From Candidatus Doudnabacteria bacterium RIFCSPHIGHO2_02_FULL_46_11 (GTDB taxonomy: Bacteria > Patescibacteriota > Doudnabacteria > UBA920 > 2-02-FULL-46-11): a stretch of DNA of 40,349 nucleotides. The position numbers and the translations under genes were made by a program. This document shows, piece by piece, positions 1 through 8,981 of the stretch. The notes under the pieces were generated by a model. That model did no database searches. It saw nothing but the letters and a program-made list of their open reading frames with translations, and was not told where the DNA came from. The stretch covers positions 1-40,349 of the forward strand of contig MFES01000001.1 of assembly GCA_001779955.1 (NCBI GenBank), in the 5' to 3' direction. Each line of letters starts with the position of its first letter. Positions within the stretch are counted from its first letter, which is position 1.

Positions 1-495
1 AATAAGGCTTGAACCGAAGGCCAGGCCGATAAGGGCGTCAAGCTCGCCGGTCAGCCAGTAAAAAACAGAAACAGAAAGCAGGGCCATGGCCGCTACGGTC
101 AAGCCGGTAATTGAACCCGCTCGAAAAGCGGTGCCTAGCGCCGCCGACAGACCCGTTTTTGCCGCCTCGGCTGTTCTGACGTTTGCCCGCACGGCCACAG
201 CCATTCCTAGATATCCGGAAAGTGCGGAAGCAACTGCACCAAGAAGAAAACCCAAGCCGGTAATCCAATTAATAAAATAGCCCAGGAAAAAAAAGAGTAG
301 GGCGGCAATCACGGCCAAAACCTTGTACTGCTTAATCAGATAAGCATTGGCGCCGGTCTTAATTGCATTGGCAATATCCCTCATTCGGTCATTACCGGTC
401 GGAAGCTTGAGTAAATACCAAGTTAAAACTCCGCTAAAAGTTAAGGTAATGAGCCCGGCAAGGGTGGTATAAAGCAAAACTGAACTTTGAGTCAT
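1..495 (-). CDS. hppA: Membrane-bound proton/sodium-translocating pyrophosphatase, N-terminal 165 codons (gene continues off the left edge)
   Basis: Not in ORF track because there is no stop in the window. Own translation from ATG at 495-493: MTQSSVLLYTTLAGLITLTF..MRDIANAIKTGANAYLIKQYK..SGYLGMAVAVRANVRTAEAAKTGL..AFRAGSITG, the conserved N-terminus of membrane PPases. Confidence 0.8.
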   Translation of the reverse strand, partial: MTQSSVLLYTTLAGLITLTFSGVLTWYLLKLPTGNDRMRDIANAIKTGANAYLIKQYKVLAVIAALLFFFLGYFINWITGLGFLLGAVASALSGYLGMAVAVRANVRTAEAAKTGLSAALGTAFRAGSITGLTVAAMALLSVSVFYWLTGELDALIGLAFGSSLI

Positions 496-502
496 AGAAT
501 TC

Positions 503-539
503 ACAGGTCAGACCTCGGTCAGATAGAGGTCTGACCTGT
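503..539. repeat. Perfect 14-bp-stem hairpin ACAGGTCAGACCTC-N9-GAGGTCTGACCTGT; same stem core as 11083-11117
   Basis: Read directly. Lies between the PEBP gene 3' end and the hppA start. No T-run, so it is not a canonical intrinsic terminator. Confidence 0.7.
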
Positions 540-621
540 CTGTAATAATTATAAAACTTAAAAAAGCCGTTTAGGCTTAGTTCATACTTAATACTACTAA
601 AAACCAGCGTCTTTGCAAAGT

Positions 622-1065
622 TTAACGCCTGCGGTCGTACCGGCCGATGAGCTCGGCCTCCTCTATAACGTGGTGCTCAATGGCCGACTGCAAGGTATCC
701 AAATCGGCGCCTTCAGGTATATCAAGCACCTTATCAAGGGCGTAAAGCTTAAAATAGTACCTGTGTTCGCGGTCGGGCGGGCACGGACCGCCATAACCTA
801 CCTCGTCAAAACCGGTCTGCCCTTCCCGCGCGCCCTCCGGCAGGGTGTCCTCATCTATGTCGGCGGTATCAGGCGAGATATTCCAAACCATCCAGTGCAA
901 AAAAGTGCCATTGGGCGCATCAGGGTCGTCCACAATTAAAGCCAAAGTTTTTGCGTTTTCGGGAACGCCAGAGATGCGTAGCGGAGGACTGACCTCGACA
1001 CCATCGCAAGTATATTTGGATGGAATAGTTCCGTTGTTTTCAAAAGCCGTACTTTCTAGTTTCAC
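622..1065 (-). CDS. YbhB/YbcL-type phosphatidylethanolamine-binding (PEBP, Raf kinase inhibitor-like) protein
   Basis: 147 aa; IPSKYTCDG..SPPL..LALIVDDPDAP.GTFLHW..WNI...HRYYFKLYALD are PEBP family hallmarks. Confidence 0.85.
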   Translation of the reverse strand: MKLESTAFENNGTIPSKYTCDGVEVSPPLRISGVPENAKTLALIVDDPDAPNGTFLHWMVWNISPDTADIDEDTLPEGAREGQTGFDEVGYGGPCPPDREHRYYFKLYALDKVLDIPEGADLDTLQSAIEHHVIEEAELIGRYDRRR

Positions 1066-1089
1066 GAATTCTAGAATTAATTCTATAAT

Positions 1090-1539
1090 TTAAAATCGTA
1101 CGATTATTTTTACTTCATCATCATGCTCGGGCAGACCCGAGGCATTAGATTTTTCAAGAATCAAAATACCTTCGTCGGTATTACCGGGCTTGGTAAATTT
1201 CAGTTCGGCCTCAAAAGGTACGTATTCGCTGGTCATCCAATTACTTTTAGCCTCGGCATAACCAACCGCTAACTCGAGGCCGTCTTTATCGGTTAAACGG
1301 ATGGGAAAGGTCGCCTCAAAATACCAGTTGCCGCGTGCTAATCCGGAAATGATCAATGGACTTTCAACCCTCTCCCGAGGAAGCGGAGAGGTAACCATAA
1401 TCAAATCTTTATAAACCGCAGGCTCTGCGATCTCTTGCCAGTCGGGCGCGTATGCCGATTGCCAAAAAGAATAAATAGCGACGATGGCGACCAAAAGCAC
1501 CAGGCCTGCGCCAATAATTATTTCAGTTGTTCTAGACAT
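1090..1539 (-). CDS. Gmad2 immunoglobulin-like domain protein with N-terminal membrane anchor
   Basis: 149 aa; hydrophobic N-terminus IIIGAGLVLLVAIVAIY, then GLARGNWYFEATFPIRLTDKDG...AEAKSNWMTSEYVPFEAEL, typical of Gmad2. Confidence 0.6.
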   Translation of the reverse strand: MSRTTEIIIGAGLVLLVAIVAIYSFWQSAYAPDWQEIAEPAVYKDLIMVTSPLPRERVESPLIISGLARGNWYFEATFPIRLTDKDGLELAVGYAEAKSNWMTSEYVPFEAELKFTKPGNTDEGILILEKSNASGLPEHDDEVKIIVRF

Positions 1540-1590
1540 AAGGAAAATTTACAGATAAAACCTCCGGCAGTCATTGTGTGAAAAACCAAT

Positions 1591-2079
1591 TTATTTTAAG
1601 AAAATTTTTAATTCATCAGAGGGCCGCAGGCTCTGGCCGATCTGCCATGCATTTTTTGCAACCAAACCCGCATTTACTTCCAGAGCGTAAACCGCCTTTT
1701 CCTTGGGATGAGAGCTTCTGGGGAAAGTCTCGGGTGTAACGTGCTCGACAATATCCACCACCTGCCAATTACCGTCGAGCCAAACAATGTCTATGGAAAA
1801 ATGCATGTCCTTCATCCAAAAAGAATAATACCCGGGGCTGTCATAAATAAAAAGCATACCCGTTTTTTCCGGGAAAGACTTGCGGCCGGAGAGTCCCTGA
1901 AATTTCTCCGTCTCCGTTTTGGCAAGCTCAATATCAAGCGCGACAGAGCCGAACAACAATCCCTGGCTGATAATCTCTTGGTCTTGACTCATATTCTTAT
2001 AATAACTAAAAGAAAAAAATAGCAAAAGTATAATTGTCAGACCGGCGATTGTTTTTATCTGTCTTATCTCAAACGCCAT
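1591..2079 (-). CDS. DUF192 domain protein
   Basis: 162 aa; N-terminal TM, then GLSGR...GMLFIY......FWMKDM.FSIDIVWLD pattern of DUF192. Confidence 0.7.
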   Translation of the reverse strand: MAFEIRQIKTIAGLTIILLLFFSFSYYKNMSQDQEIISQGLLFGSVALDIELAKTETEKFQGLSGRKSFPEKTGMLFIYDSPGYYSFWMKDMHFSIDIVWLDGNWQVVDIVEHVTPETFPRSSHPKEKAVYALEVNAGLVAKNAWQIGQSLRPSDELKIFLK

Positions 2080-3709
2080 GTTTCATGTGCTCTACGGCAA
2101 ACTTTTGGTCAGTATCCACTTTCTTGCCGGGATTGAAAATGTTCAGCGGGTCAAAAATTTTTTTAGTTTCCCGGAATATCTCATACATTTCCTCGCCAAA
2201 CATTTTCTTCAAATAAGGCCCTCGGATTATTCCGTCATTGTGCTCGGCGCTCATTGAACCGTGATACTCAAAAACCAAGTCATAAACTTTATCAGAGAGC
2301 TCGGCAATAATTCTTTTGGCATTCGGGTCAGACAAATCCATTAAGGGAATAATGTGGAAATTACCGTCGCCCACGTGCCCGGCAATCGTGTAAATCAAAC
2401 CTTTATATTCGTTAAGAATTTTTTCAAGCCTTGGCAAAAATTCGGGCAACGCCTCGGGCCGCACGATAATGTCATCTATGAAAGGAGCGGTCTGCTTATT
2501 CTTTATCTTCTGACGAAGAAGGTTGAAGCTTTCACGCCTGATTACACGGTATTTCTGGGCCTCGGCGGAATTTTTGGTAATACGAGTACGCAGGCCGAAT
2601 TTTTTAAGCGAGGCGGCCGCGGCGCGGGCGCGAAACAAGGCTTCCTCATCGGAATTAGCCGTAAATTCGGCAGTCAATACCAGTTTAGGAAGGCCGCCGA
2701 AAACAAGCATTTTAAATTCCGGCAAAAACTGTAGGCCCAGGGAAATGATGTTGCTCTTTAATCTTTTTACAAAGCCCGGTAAAAATTTCAAGGCCAGCAT
2801 AAGGGTATGGTCGTCATAGGACTCAAAAGTCTCGGGTTTAAAGCCTAAAACGTCGGTGGTTATGCTGCCAAGCTTTGTCAGGTCTTTATTTTTCAAAAAA
2901 ATTACCACCAAACGCGAATATTCGCGAGGGCGTATCAGGCGAAATTTCACCTGGGTAATTAGCCCTAGAGTTCCCTGGGAGCCGACAAACAATTGGGTCA
3001 AGTCGAATTTCTTTTTATCCCAAACATTCCAGAGGTAATAACCCGAAGAGTTTTTGGAAACATTGGGCCGGGCTCGCTGGATGGCATCGTAATTTTTCTC
3101 AATAAGGTCAAAAATCTTGCGATAAATTTCTCCCTCAAAATCCTGCTGACCCCGCTTGGCCTCAAGCTGCGCTCCGTCAAGCGGCTTGAAAATGTACTCA
3201 TTACCGTCAGCCAAAACCATACGCAGCTCGGCCACGTATCTCTCCGTTTTGCCATAAGAAAGAGTTTTTTCTCCGCCGGAATTGTTGGCGACCATACCAC
3301 CCACGCAACAGAGCTCGCGGGAAGCAGGGAAAGAGGGCATTAACAACCCCTTTTCTAGAGTCTTTTTTTCAAAATCACGATAAAAAACGCCGGGCTCGAC
3401 CGTGGCCTGATCATTACTAACCTCAATGACTCGATTAAAGTGCTTGGTAAAATCCAGAACAACAGCCTCCGTCAGCGGACCGCCGCTCATGTCCGAACCG
3501 CCGCCGCGAGCTGACAGGGATAGCTCGGGATACTGCGCTTTATTTTGGCTGACCCAATTAACCACTGCCTGTATATCGTGCACATTTTTCGGCGACACGA
3601 CAATTTTTGGCATTTCTTCAAAAAGGCTGGCGTCGCGGCTGAATTTTTTTAAGGTTTCACTGTCGGTGTATGCTTCACCGTCAATTATTTTTTTTATTTG
3701 TTCGTACAT
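2069..3709 (-). CDS. FAD-binding oxidoreductase (GlcD/FAD-linked oxidase family)
   Basis: 546 aa; ARGGGSDMSGG, GGMVANNSGG, GTLGLITQ and C-terminal GSMSAEHNDG motifs of FAD-linked oxidases. Confidence 0.8.
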   Translation of the reverse strand: MYEQIKKIIDGEAYTDSETLKKFSRDASLFEEMPKIVVSPKNVHDIQAVVNWVSQNKAQYPELSLSARGGGSDMSGGPLTEAVVLDFTKHFNRVIEVSNDQATVEPGVFYRDFEKKTLEKGLLMPSFPASRELCCVGGMVANNSGGEKTLSYGKTERYVAELRMVLADGNEYIFKPLDGAQLEAKRGQQDFEGEIYRKIFDLIEKNYDAIQRARPNVSKNSSGYYLWNVWDKKKFDLTQLFVGSQGTLGLITQVKFRLIRPREYSRLVVIFLKNKDLTKLGSITTDVLGFKPETFESYDDHTLMLALKFLPGFVKRLKSNIISLGLQFLPEFKMLVFGGLPKLVLTAEFTANSDEEALFRARAAAASLKKFGLRTRITKNSAEAQKYRVIRRESFNLLRQKIKNKQTAPFIDDIIVRPEALPEFLPRLEKILNEYKGLIYTIAGHVGDGNFHIIPLMDLSDPNAKRIIAELSDKVYDLVFEYHGSMSAEHNDGIIRGPYLKKMFGEEMYEIFRETKKIFDPLNIFNPGKKVDTDQKFAVEHMKHGV

Positions 3710-3741
3710 CCTATTTTAGTAAGTAGCTAGTAGTAAGTAGT

Positions 3742-5124
3742 TTAGTAGGTTTCAAGCAAGCGAATGAGCAGGCGAACCGGCGCCCCGGCTGCGCCTCGGG
3801 CAAGAAAATCGCCGTCAGCGGCCGTCATGCGTGGCGCAATATCGATGTGCGCAAAGAGAGGAAAATCTTTGGCCCACTGATAAAGGAATATAGCTCCGTG
3901 AGTGGCTCCGCCGTATTTGGTTTTGCCGATGTTTGCCCAATCGCCAAAAGTACCGCGGATTTCGTCTTCATACTCATCCCAAAGTGGCAGGGGCCAAACA
4001 TAATCTCCGGTTTCTTCGCCGAGCTCGCGCAAGGTTTTTTCCAAGGCCTCGTCTTTGGTGAATATCGCGCTGGCCCGGGTACCGAGAGCCACCATGGCGG
4101 CGCCGGTCAGTGTTGCCACGTCTATCACCAGGCGGGGATTATATTTTTTCGCATAAGTCAGCGCATCTGCTAAAACCATGCGCCCCTCGGCGTCCGTATT
4201 TAAAACCTCGATAGTTTTTCCTGACATCGTTCTTACTACGTCGCCGGGACGGTAGCTTCCGCCTGAAACCATGTTTTCGGCAGCCGGAACTAGGCCAACG
4301 ATATTTTTATTTATTCCCAAACGCGCGGCCAAAGCAAGGGCATGAATCACGGCCGCACCGCCCGACATGTCCAAATGCATATCACCGATATGCTCGCTGG
4401 GTTTTATGTTTATCCCGCCGGTATCAAAGGTAATGCCCTTGCCGACCAGAACGATGGGACGCTCTGTTCCACTATTTAAATATTCCAGAACTATAAACTG
4501 GGGTTCGGCGCCTGAACCCTGGCCCACGCTAAGCAAACCGCCCATCTTAAGGCCCTTTATTTCCTTTAGTCCTAAAATTTTAACCTTGACTTTTGTGCCG
4601 CGCATCGCGTTTTTGGCGGCTTGAGCCAAAAGTTTTGGCGTCATGTCGCTACCCGGGGTATTCGACAAATCACGCGTTTTATTGACTTCCGCGCCTATAA
4701 TTATGCCGTTTTCCAATTCCTGACGAACGCTCTGGGCGAGATTTCCGACAATAACCACTTTTTGCACAAAATTCCAGCCTTCCTTCGGTTGAGTTTTGAA
4801 AGCAATAAATTCGTAATTTGCCATTTCGAAATTCACGGCCAGAGTGCGGGCCAAATGCTCCTGGGAAACTTCAGAATTGGAAATGAACAAAACCTCGCTA
4901 AAATCCAAAGCGATTTTCTTAAACCGATTTGCTTTGGCCTGCATCAAGATGCGGCGAAAAACGTAGGGCAGTTTGCGCCTGGTAATTTTTTTCCTATCGC
5001 CCAGCCCAAAATTTAAAATTTTGCGGTTGCGAACCACTTCAAGCCAGGTAGTCCGCCCATTATGGAGTCGAATAACGGCTAAATCAAGGCTTTTAGGCAG
5101 CTTTTTTGAAAATTTAAATTCCAT
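3742..5124 (-). CDS. pepA: Leucyl aminopeptidase (M17)
   Basis: 460 aa; VGKGITFDTGG, DMSGGAAV and NTDAEGRMVLADAL signatures. Confidence 0.85.
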   Translation of the reverse strand: MEFKFSKKLPKSLDLAVIRLHNGRTTWLEVVRNRKILNFGLGDRKKITRRKLPYVFRRILMQAKANRFKKIALDFSEVLFISNSEVSQEHLARTLAVNFEMANYEFIAFKTQPKEGWNFVQKVVIVGNLAQSVRQELENGIIIGAEVNKTRDLSNTPGSDMTPKLLAQAAKNAMRGTKVKVKILGLKEIKGLKMGGLLSVGQGSGAEPQFIVLEYLNSGTERPIVLVGKGITFDTGGINIKPSEHIGDMHLDMSGGAAVIHALALAARLGINKNIVGLVPAAENMVSGGSYRPGDVVRTMSGKTIEVLNTDAEGRMVLADALTYAKKYNPRLVIDVATLTGAAMVALGTRASAIFTKDEALEKTLRELGEETGDYVWPLPLWDEYEDEIRGTFGDWANIGKTKYGGATHGAIFLYQWAKDFPLFAHIDIAPRMTAADGDFLARGAAGAPVRLLIRLLETY

Positions 5125-5209
5125 AGTACAGGCTTATACTAACAGATTCTCTAGCTTCGCAAAAACGCCGCTTAATAACGACCCCGCAAGTCGTTAGTAG
5201 ATAGGTTGC

Positions 5210-5950
5210 CTAATTTCGCAAAAACCGCTCAATTTCTCTGGCTAGAGTCGGCCGGGTGGTGAAGGATATACCTAAATGCCCGCCGCGCTTGTAGGTCTTT
5301 AGCTTGCAACCCAATTTCTTTGAAAAGGCAATTACTGACTTATACGAAACCGATTCATCGTCCTTGGCGTGAATTAAAAAAATCTTTTTGGGGTCAAGCT
5401 CCTTAAGATGATTAACAGGATTGTAAAATTTTCCTGCCTTTAATTTGTTCCAATCTTTCATACTAAATCGATAGACCAATCCAAAACCAAGGCGAATGAA
5501 CAAGCCCAAAAAACCGAGGGGTTCGGCCCGGAGCGGCACTCGCCAATCTACAACTGGCGATATGCCAACTACCTTACTGACCCGTGCGTCGCGCGACGCT
5601 AAAATTGCAGCAGGTCCGCCAAAACTACTGCCAAAAATGTAAATCCTTTGCGGTTTAACTATAAAGGTCTTGCTATACCAAAAATCCTTGAACGGTTTAG
5701 ACAAAGCATTAAGAACGTCTAAAATATCCTTTTCCGGCGAATCTTTCAAAAACCTGCCTCCGCTCTCCCAGGAACCCCTGTATCGCGGCAGAAAAACCCA
5801 ATAACCTTGAGCCGCCCAAAATTGCAGCAGTTCCTTCATGCGCGGCGCCGAGGGCATGCCCATAGCAAAAATAATGACTTTGTTTGAAGGCCTGCCCGGC
5901 GGCAAAAACTCGCAGATTATATCCTTGGCAAAACGAGTGCGTAAAATCAT
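5210..5950 (-). CDS. Alpha/beta hydrolase
   Basis: 246 aa; nucleophile elbow GSSFGG, later D and H (HAKDDESV, GGHLG) consistent with a Ser-Asp-His fold. Confidence 0.65.
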   Translation of the reverse strand: MILRTRFAKDIICEFLPPGRPSNKVIIFAMGMPSAPRMKELLQFWAAQGYWVFLPRYRGSWESGGRFLKDSPEKDILDVLNALSKPFKDFWYSKTFIVKPQRIYIFGSSFGGPAAILASRDARVSKVVGISPVVDWRVPLRAEPLGFLGLFIRLGFGLVYRFSMKDWNKLKAGKFYNPVNHLKELDPKKIFLIHAKDDESVSYKSVIAFSKKLGCKLKTYKRGGHLGISFTTRPTLAREIERFLRN

Positions 5951-7131
5951 GTTTTAGAAAAAAGTTTAGTTTTAAAAAGGCCGCGCCCGGCAAACAAAAC
6001 AGAGGCGGCAAGAATGATTGAGTAGAACAGGAACAATACCTCCAGACTCCATAGTTTAAGAATAACAGCGCTTACGATAAAACTCAACAGCGAGCCAATT
6101 TTTGAAATTGAGTAATAACCGGTCAATACGTCAGTTTCCATATTCTCGCGCTCGCCAATTTCAGACATCAAGCTAACCGCCGATACGCCCCAAATGGCCG
6201 TGCCAAAACCGGTAACAACCAAAGCGACAAGCAAATATGAAAAATCTGGGCTTTTGGAAATAAGAAATATCCCGATAGCGGCCAAAATAAGTCCGGTTAA
6301 GCTTAAAAGCGGTCTGCCATATTTGTCCGCCAGACCGCCAAAATAAGGCAGTAGCAAATGAGGAAGTCCGAAAGCAAAAACGGCCAGACCAATGTAACCG
6401 ACGGGTAAGCCAAGCGTATCTACTACAAAAAGTGGCACGAATAAATCAAGTTTGACTATTGTGGCGTGGGCGGCCACGCCCAGAACGCCAAGGGCGCGCA
6501 ACTGTCTAACCGACCAGTATTTTTTAAGCTCTGCCGCCCAACTCTGCAAGGAAATATCGGGAAAGGCCGGCACAACCGGCGCATGCTGGCTACGTCTGGT
6601 AAAAACATAAAAGGCAAGCAATAAATTAATAAGGACGGAAATTATGAAAGGCGTAACGATATTAAACTCTTCGGCAAGTTTGGTGCCGACCAAGGGACCG
6701 AGCAAGTTTCCTAGCCAAATAAAGCTTAAAAGCCAGCCTGTTTTTTTGCCTCTCTCATTTTCAGAAATACTATCCTCAACCTTTGAGAGCAAAAGCATGG
6801 CGCAAAACGCCCCCGCAACAGCATCGAGGAACCTGGCCCCAACTATCATTAGCCAGTTTACGTGCCAAATATAAAAAACAAGCGACAAAGCAGCCGCCGC
6901 AAAGCCAATGGCCATCACCCTGTTCCGGCCTATTTTTTGGGCCAACAATGCCGCCACAGGTCCCATAATTACACCGCCTAAAGCAAAAGCGGCGGACATC
7001 AGGGATATTTGCCATTTATCAAAACCTATTCGTTCAAGATACGGCCCGAGCAGTGGATGGGCCAAAAAAGTGGCAAAAGCAAAGAGGATACTTAGGCCGG
7101 TAAATCTTTTGAAGGCGTAACGGTCAATCAT
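5947..7131 (-). CDS. MFS transporter
   Basis: 394 aa, about 12 hydrophobic segments, loop motif AQKIGRNRVM; 4-nt overlap with the downstream hydrolase gene. Confidence 0.75.
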   Translation of the reverse strand: MIDRYAFKRFTGLSILFAFATFLAHPLLGPYLERIGFDKWQISLMSAAFALGGVIMGPVAALLAQKIGRNRVMAIGFAAAALSLVFYIWHVNWLMIVGARFLDAVAGAFCAMLLLSKVEDSISENERGKKTGWLLSFIWLGNLLGPLVGTKLAEEFNIVTPFIISVLINLLLAFYVFTRRSQHAPVVPAFPDISLQSWAAELKKYWSVRQLRALGVLGVAAHATIVKLDLFVPLFVVDTLGLPVGYIGLAVFAFGLPHLLLPYFGGLADKYGRPLLSLTGLILAAIGIFLISKSPDFSYLLVALVVTGFGTAIWGVSAVSLMSEIGERENMETDVLTGYYSISKIGSLLSFIVSAVILKLWSLEVLFLFYSIILAASVLFAGRGLFKTKLFSKT

Positions 7132-7181
7132 TAATTTGCCGCTGTCGATAAATTTTAAAACATGCCATAATTATAACAATT

Positions 7182-8141
7182 ATGATAAAAACTGCCGAAT
7201 TCGTTTCGCCCAAGCATCCGGATAAGACGTGTGACTACATTGCCGATACTATTCTCGATGCTTTTTTAAAAAAAGATCGCCAGAGCCGCGTGGCGGTTGA
7301 AGTCATGGGCGGCCACGGTTTGATAACGGTCAACGGCGAAGTTACCAGCAGGGCTCGATTCAAACTGGAACCGATTGTCAAAAAAATTGTCGGCGCCAAA
7401 TACCGGGTAATCGTCAGGCTGGCCCATCAGAGCCCCGAGATTGCCAAAGGTGTGGACACCGGCGGCGCCGGAGACCAGGGCATAATGGAGGGCTACGCTA
7501 CCAGCGAATCGGCGAACTTTATGCCGCTAGAATACAATTTGGCGCGCTATATTTGCCAGAGAATTTTTAAAAAACATCCCCACGACGGCAAAGTCCAGGT
7601 TACCATTGAAGGCAACCCGCCTGCGGGCAGGACGGGCAGGGTTTTAACGGTTGTGGCAAGCTTTCAGAGCACAAAAACGCCGGAACTCTTGAAGCTGGTT
7701 AAATCAATAATTAAGGCCGATGAATATCTCATAAATCCGGCGGGCGAGTGGCACATGGGCGGATTTGACGCCGACTCAGGACTTTCCGGCCGCAAGCTTG
7801 TGGTTGATAATTATGGTCCGGAAATTTCCATAGGTGGCGGGTCGTTTTCCGGAAAGGATTATACTAAAGTTGATCGAAGCGGTGCTTATATGGCCAGAAA
7901 AATCGCGGTTGATTATTTGCGCAAATTTAGGGCCAAAGAAGTAAAAATAAAATTAGCCTATGCCATAGGCAAAAAGGATCCGGTCATGGCCGAAGCAGTT
8001 ATTGACGGCAGGCGAATGCCGGTTGAAGGCTATGATCTATCGCCAACCGGCATTAGAGAACTTTTAAAATTGGATAAGGCGCAATTTGTTAAAACCTCGC
8101 AATGGGGACATTTTGGCAATGATTTTTTGTGGGACAAGTAG
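7182..8141 (+). CDS. metK: S-adenosylmethionine synthetase, short form
   Basis: 319 aa; SPKHPDKTCDYIAD, GAGDQGIM, GGGSFSGKDYTKVDRSGAY motifs. CATAAT box ends 10 nt before the ATG. Confidence 0.85.
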   Translation: MIKTAEFVSPKHPDKTCDYIADTILDAFLKKDRQSRVAVEVMGGHGLITVNGEVTSRARFKLEPIVKKIVGAKYRVIVRLAHQSPEIAKGVDTGGAGDQGIMEGYATSESANFMPLEYNLARYICQRIFKKHPHDGKVQVTIEGNPPAGRTGRVLTVVASFQSTKTPELLKLVKSIIKADEYLINPAGEWHMGGFDADSGLSGRKLVVDNYGPEISIGGGSFSGKDYTKVDRSGAYMARKIAVDYLRKFRAKEVKIKLAYAIGKKDPVMAEAVIDGRRMPVEGYDLSPTGIRELLKLDKAQFVKTSQWGHFGNDFLWDK

Positions 8142-8166
8142 GTTACGGCGGATTGATTGATAAACC

Positions 8167-8215
8167 AAAAAAAGACGAACCCGCCGCAACGAGGCGGCGG
8201 GTTCTTGTCTTTTTC
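8167..8215. terminator. Bidirectional intrinsic terminator between metK and island A
   Basis: AAAAAAA-GAC-GAACCCGCCGC-AACGAG-GCGGCGGGTTC-TTGTCTTTTT; 11-bp GC stem at 8177-8204 flanked by A-run and T-run. Confidence 0.8.
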
Positions 8216-8243
8216 CATTGCCTGGGGAGGTGAGGCTCGCGAG

Positions 8244-8792
8244 CTAGAGCGTCAGTTGCTCGTAAACCTCATGTTGGAAGCGTGCGTCAGTCCAGCGGAC
8301 AACCGGGTCGGAACCGGTGAATGCGATCCTCACCAAACCCAACCGGTCGAAGTCTCGAAGAACACTGCCGCGGATGTGGGAGCGTTCCGACTGGCTGGCT
8401 ACCAGACAGACGAACTTCGGTTCGGAAAGCTCCAAGATCCCAGCCGCGCGGTATTTGCGCATAGCCAGGAGCAGCATCCGGCCAGTCTTATGGCCTGCCT
8501 CGCGCGCCACAGCGGTCGCCATGGCCTTGAGACCCTTGTCCGCGGGGTGGTACATACCCTCATCAGTCTTGTAGATCGCCCCCATCTCCAGCAGCTGCTC
8601 AAGGCAGCGGGGGAGATTAAGGTCAACTACAGCCTGATGATCGTGAACGCGCGCTTCAACTTGATGAAGGTTGAGACCGGGGCAGGCGCAGATCTCCGTG
8701 AGCACTGCGCGGTAGTTCCTCCCTTTCTTGCCGGCGATATTGCGCGCCAGCCGCGGGGGGTTGCGTACCGGATGGCCGAGTTGCGACTTCAT
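8244..8792 (-). CDS. Island A: hypothetical protein, probably two tandem winged-helix DNA-binding domains
   Basis: GC-rich with third codon positions mostly G/C. ATG at 8792 is preceded by AGAGGAG; the track ORF begins at GTG 8798. Wing-like segments LEQLLEMGAIYKTDEGMYHP and LRDFDRLGLVRIAF. Confidence 0.6.
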   Translation of the reverse strand: MKSQLGHPVRNPPRLARNIAGKKGRNYRAVLTEICACPGLNLHQVEARVHDHQAVVDLNLPRCLEQLLEMGAIYKTDEGMYHPADKGLKAMATAVAREAGHKTGRMLLLAMRKYRAAGILELSEPKFVCLVASQSERSHIRGSVLRDFDRLGLVRIAFTGSDPVVRWTDARFQHEVYEQLTL

Positions 8793-8932
8793 TACCACAC
8801 TCCTCTGTTCGCGATGGTTTTTTGTAGCGCCGCTGAAGCGTTACATCAAACCTGTCTACGGCTGATGGAAAAGACCATCGAAACCTCCGTGTTTAGATGA
8901 ATAATACCGGCTTTTCGCCGTATATGACTTAA

Positions 8933-8961
8933 ATTCTATCATATAATGTACTAAATGGCAA
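8933..8961 (-). promoter_or_regulatory. Candidate sigma70 promoter for island A (TTGCCA-N17-TAGAAT)
   Basis: Read on the minus strand; leaves a roughly 130-nt leader before ATG 8792. Confidence 0.5.
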
Positions 8962-8981
8962 TATTTCGCTATATTTAAATA

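Noticed and set aside
5709-6011. 100-aa minus-strand ORF overlapping the hydrolase/MFS junction, plus the many 60-130-aa ORFs antisense to housekeeping genes (for example 613..939, 1708..2022, 2354..2734, 4621..5016, 12593..13036, 33112..33642)
   Set aside because: They lie wholly inside, or out of frame with, strongly supported conserved genes. Their translations are low-complexity and they have no independent expression signals.
8157-8900. 247-aa plus-strand ORF covering island A, and similar long antisense or overlapping ORFs in GC-rich islands (for example 8317..8574, 11194..11580, 16286..16684, 19442..19945, 20769..21197, 20938..21258, 39937..40221)
   Set aside because: GC-rich DNA is poor in stop codons, so several frames stay open. 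These frames lack an SD and promoter, overlap better-supported frames that have SD, promoter and terminator, and their translations are Arg/Ala/Pro-rich low-complexity sequence.
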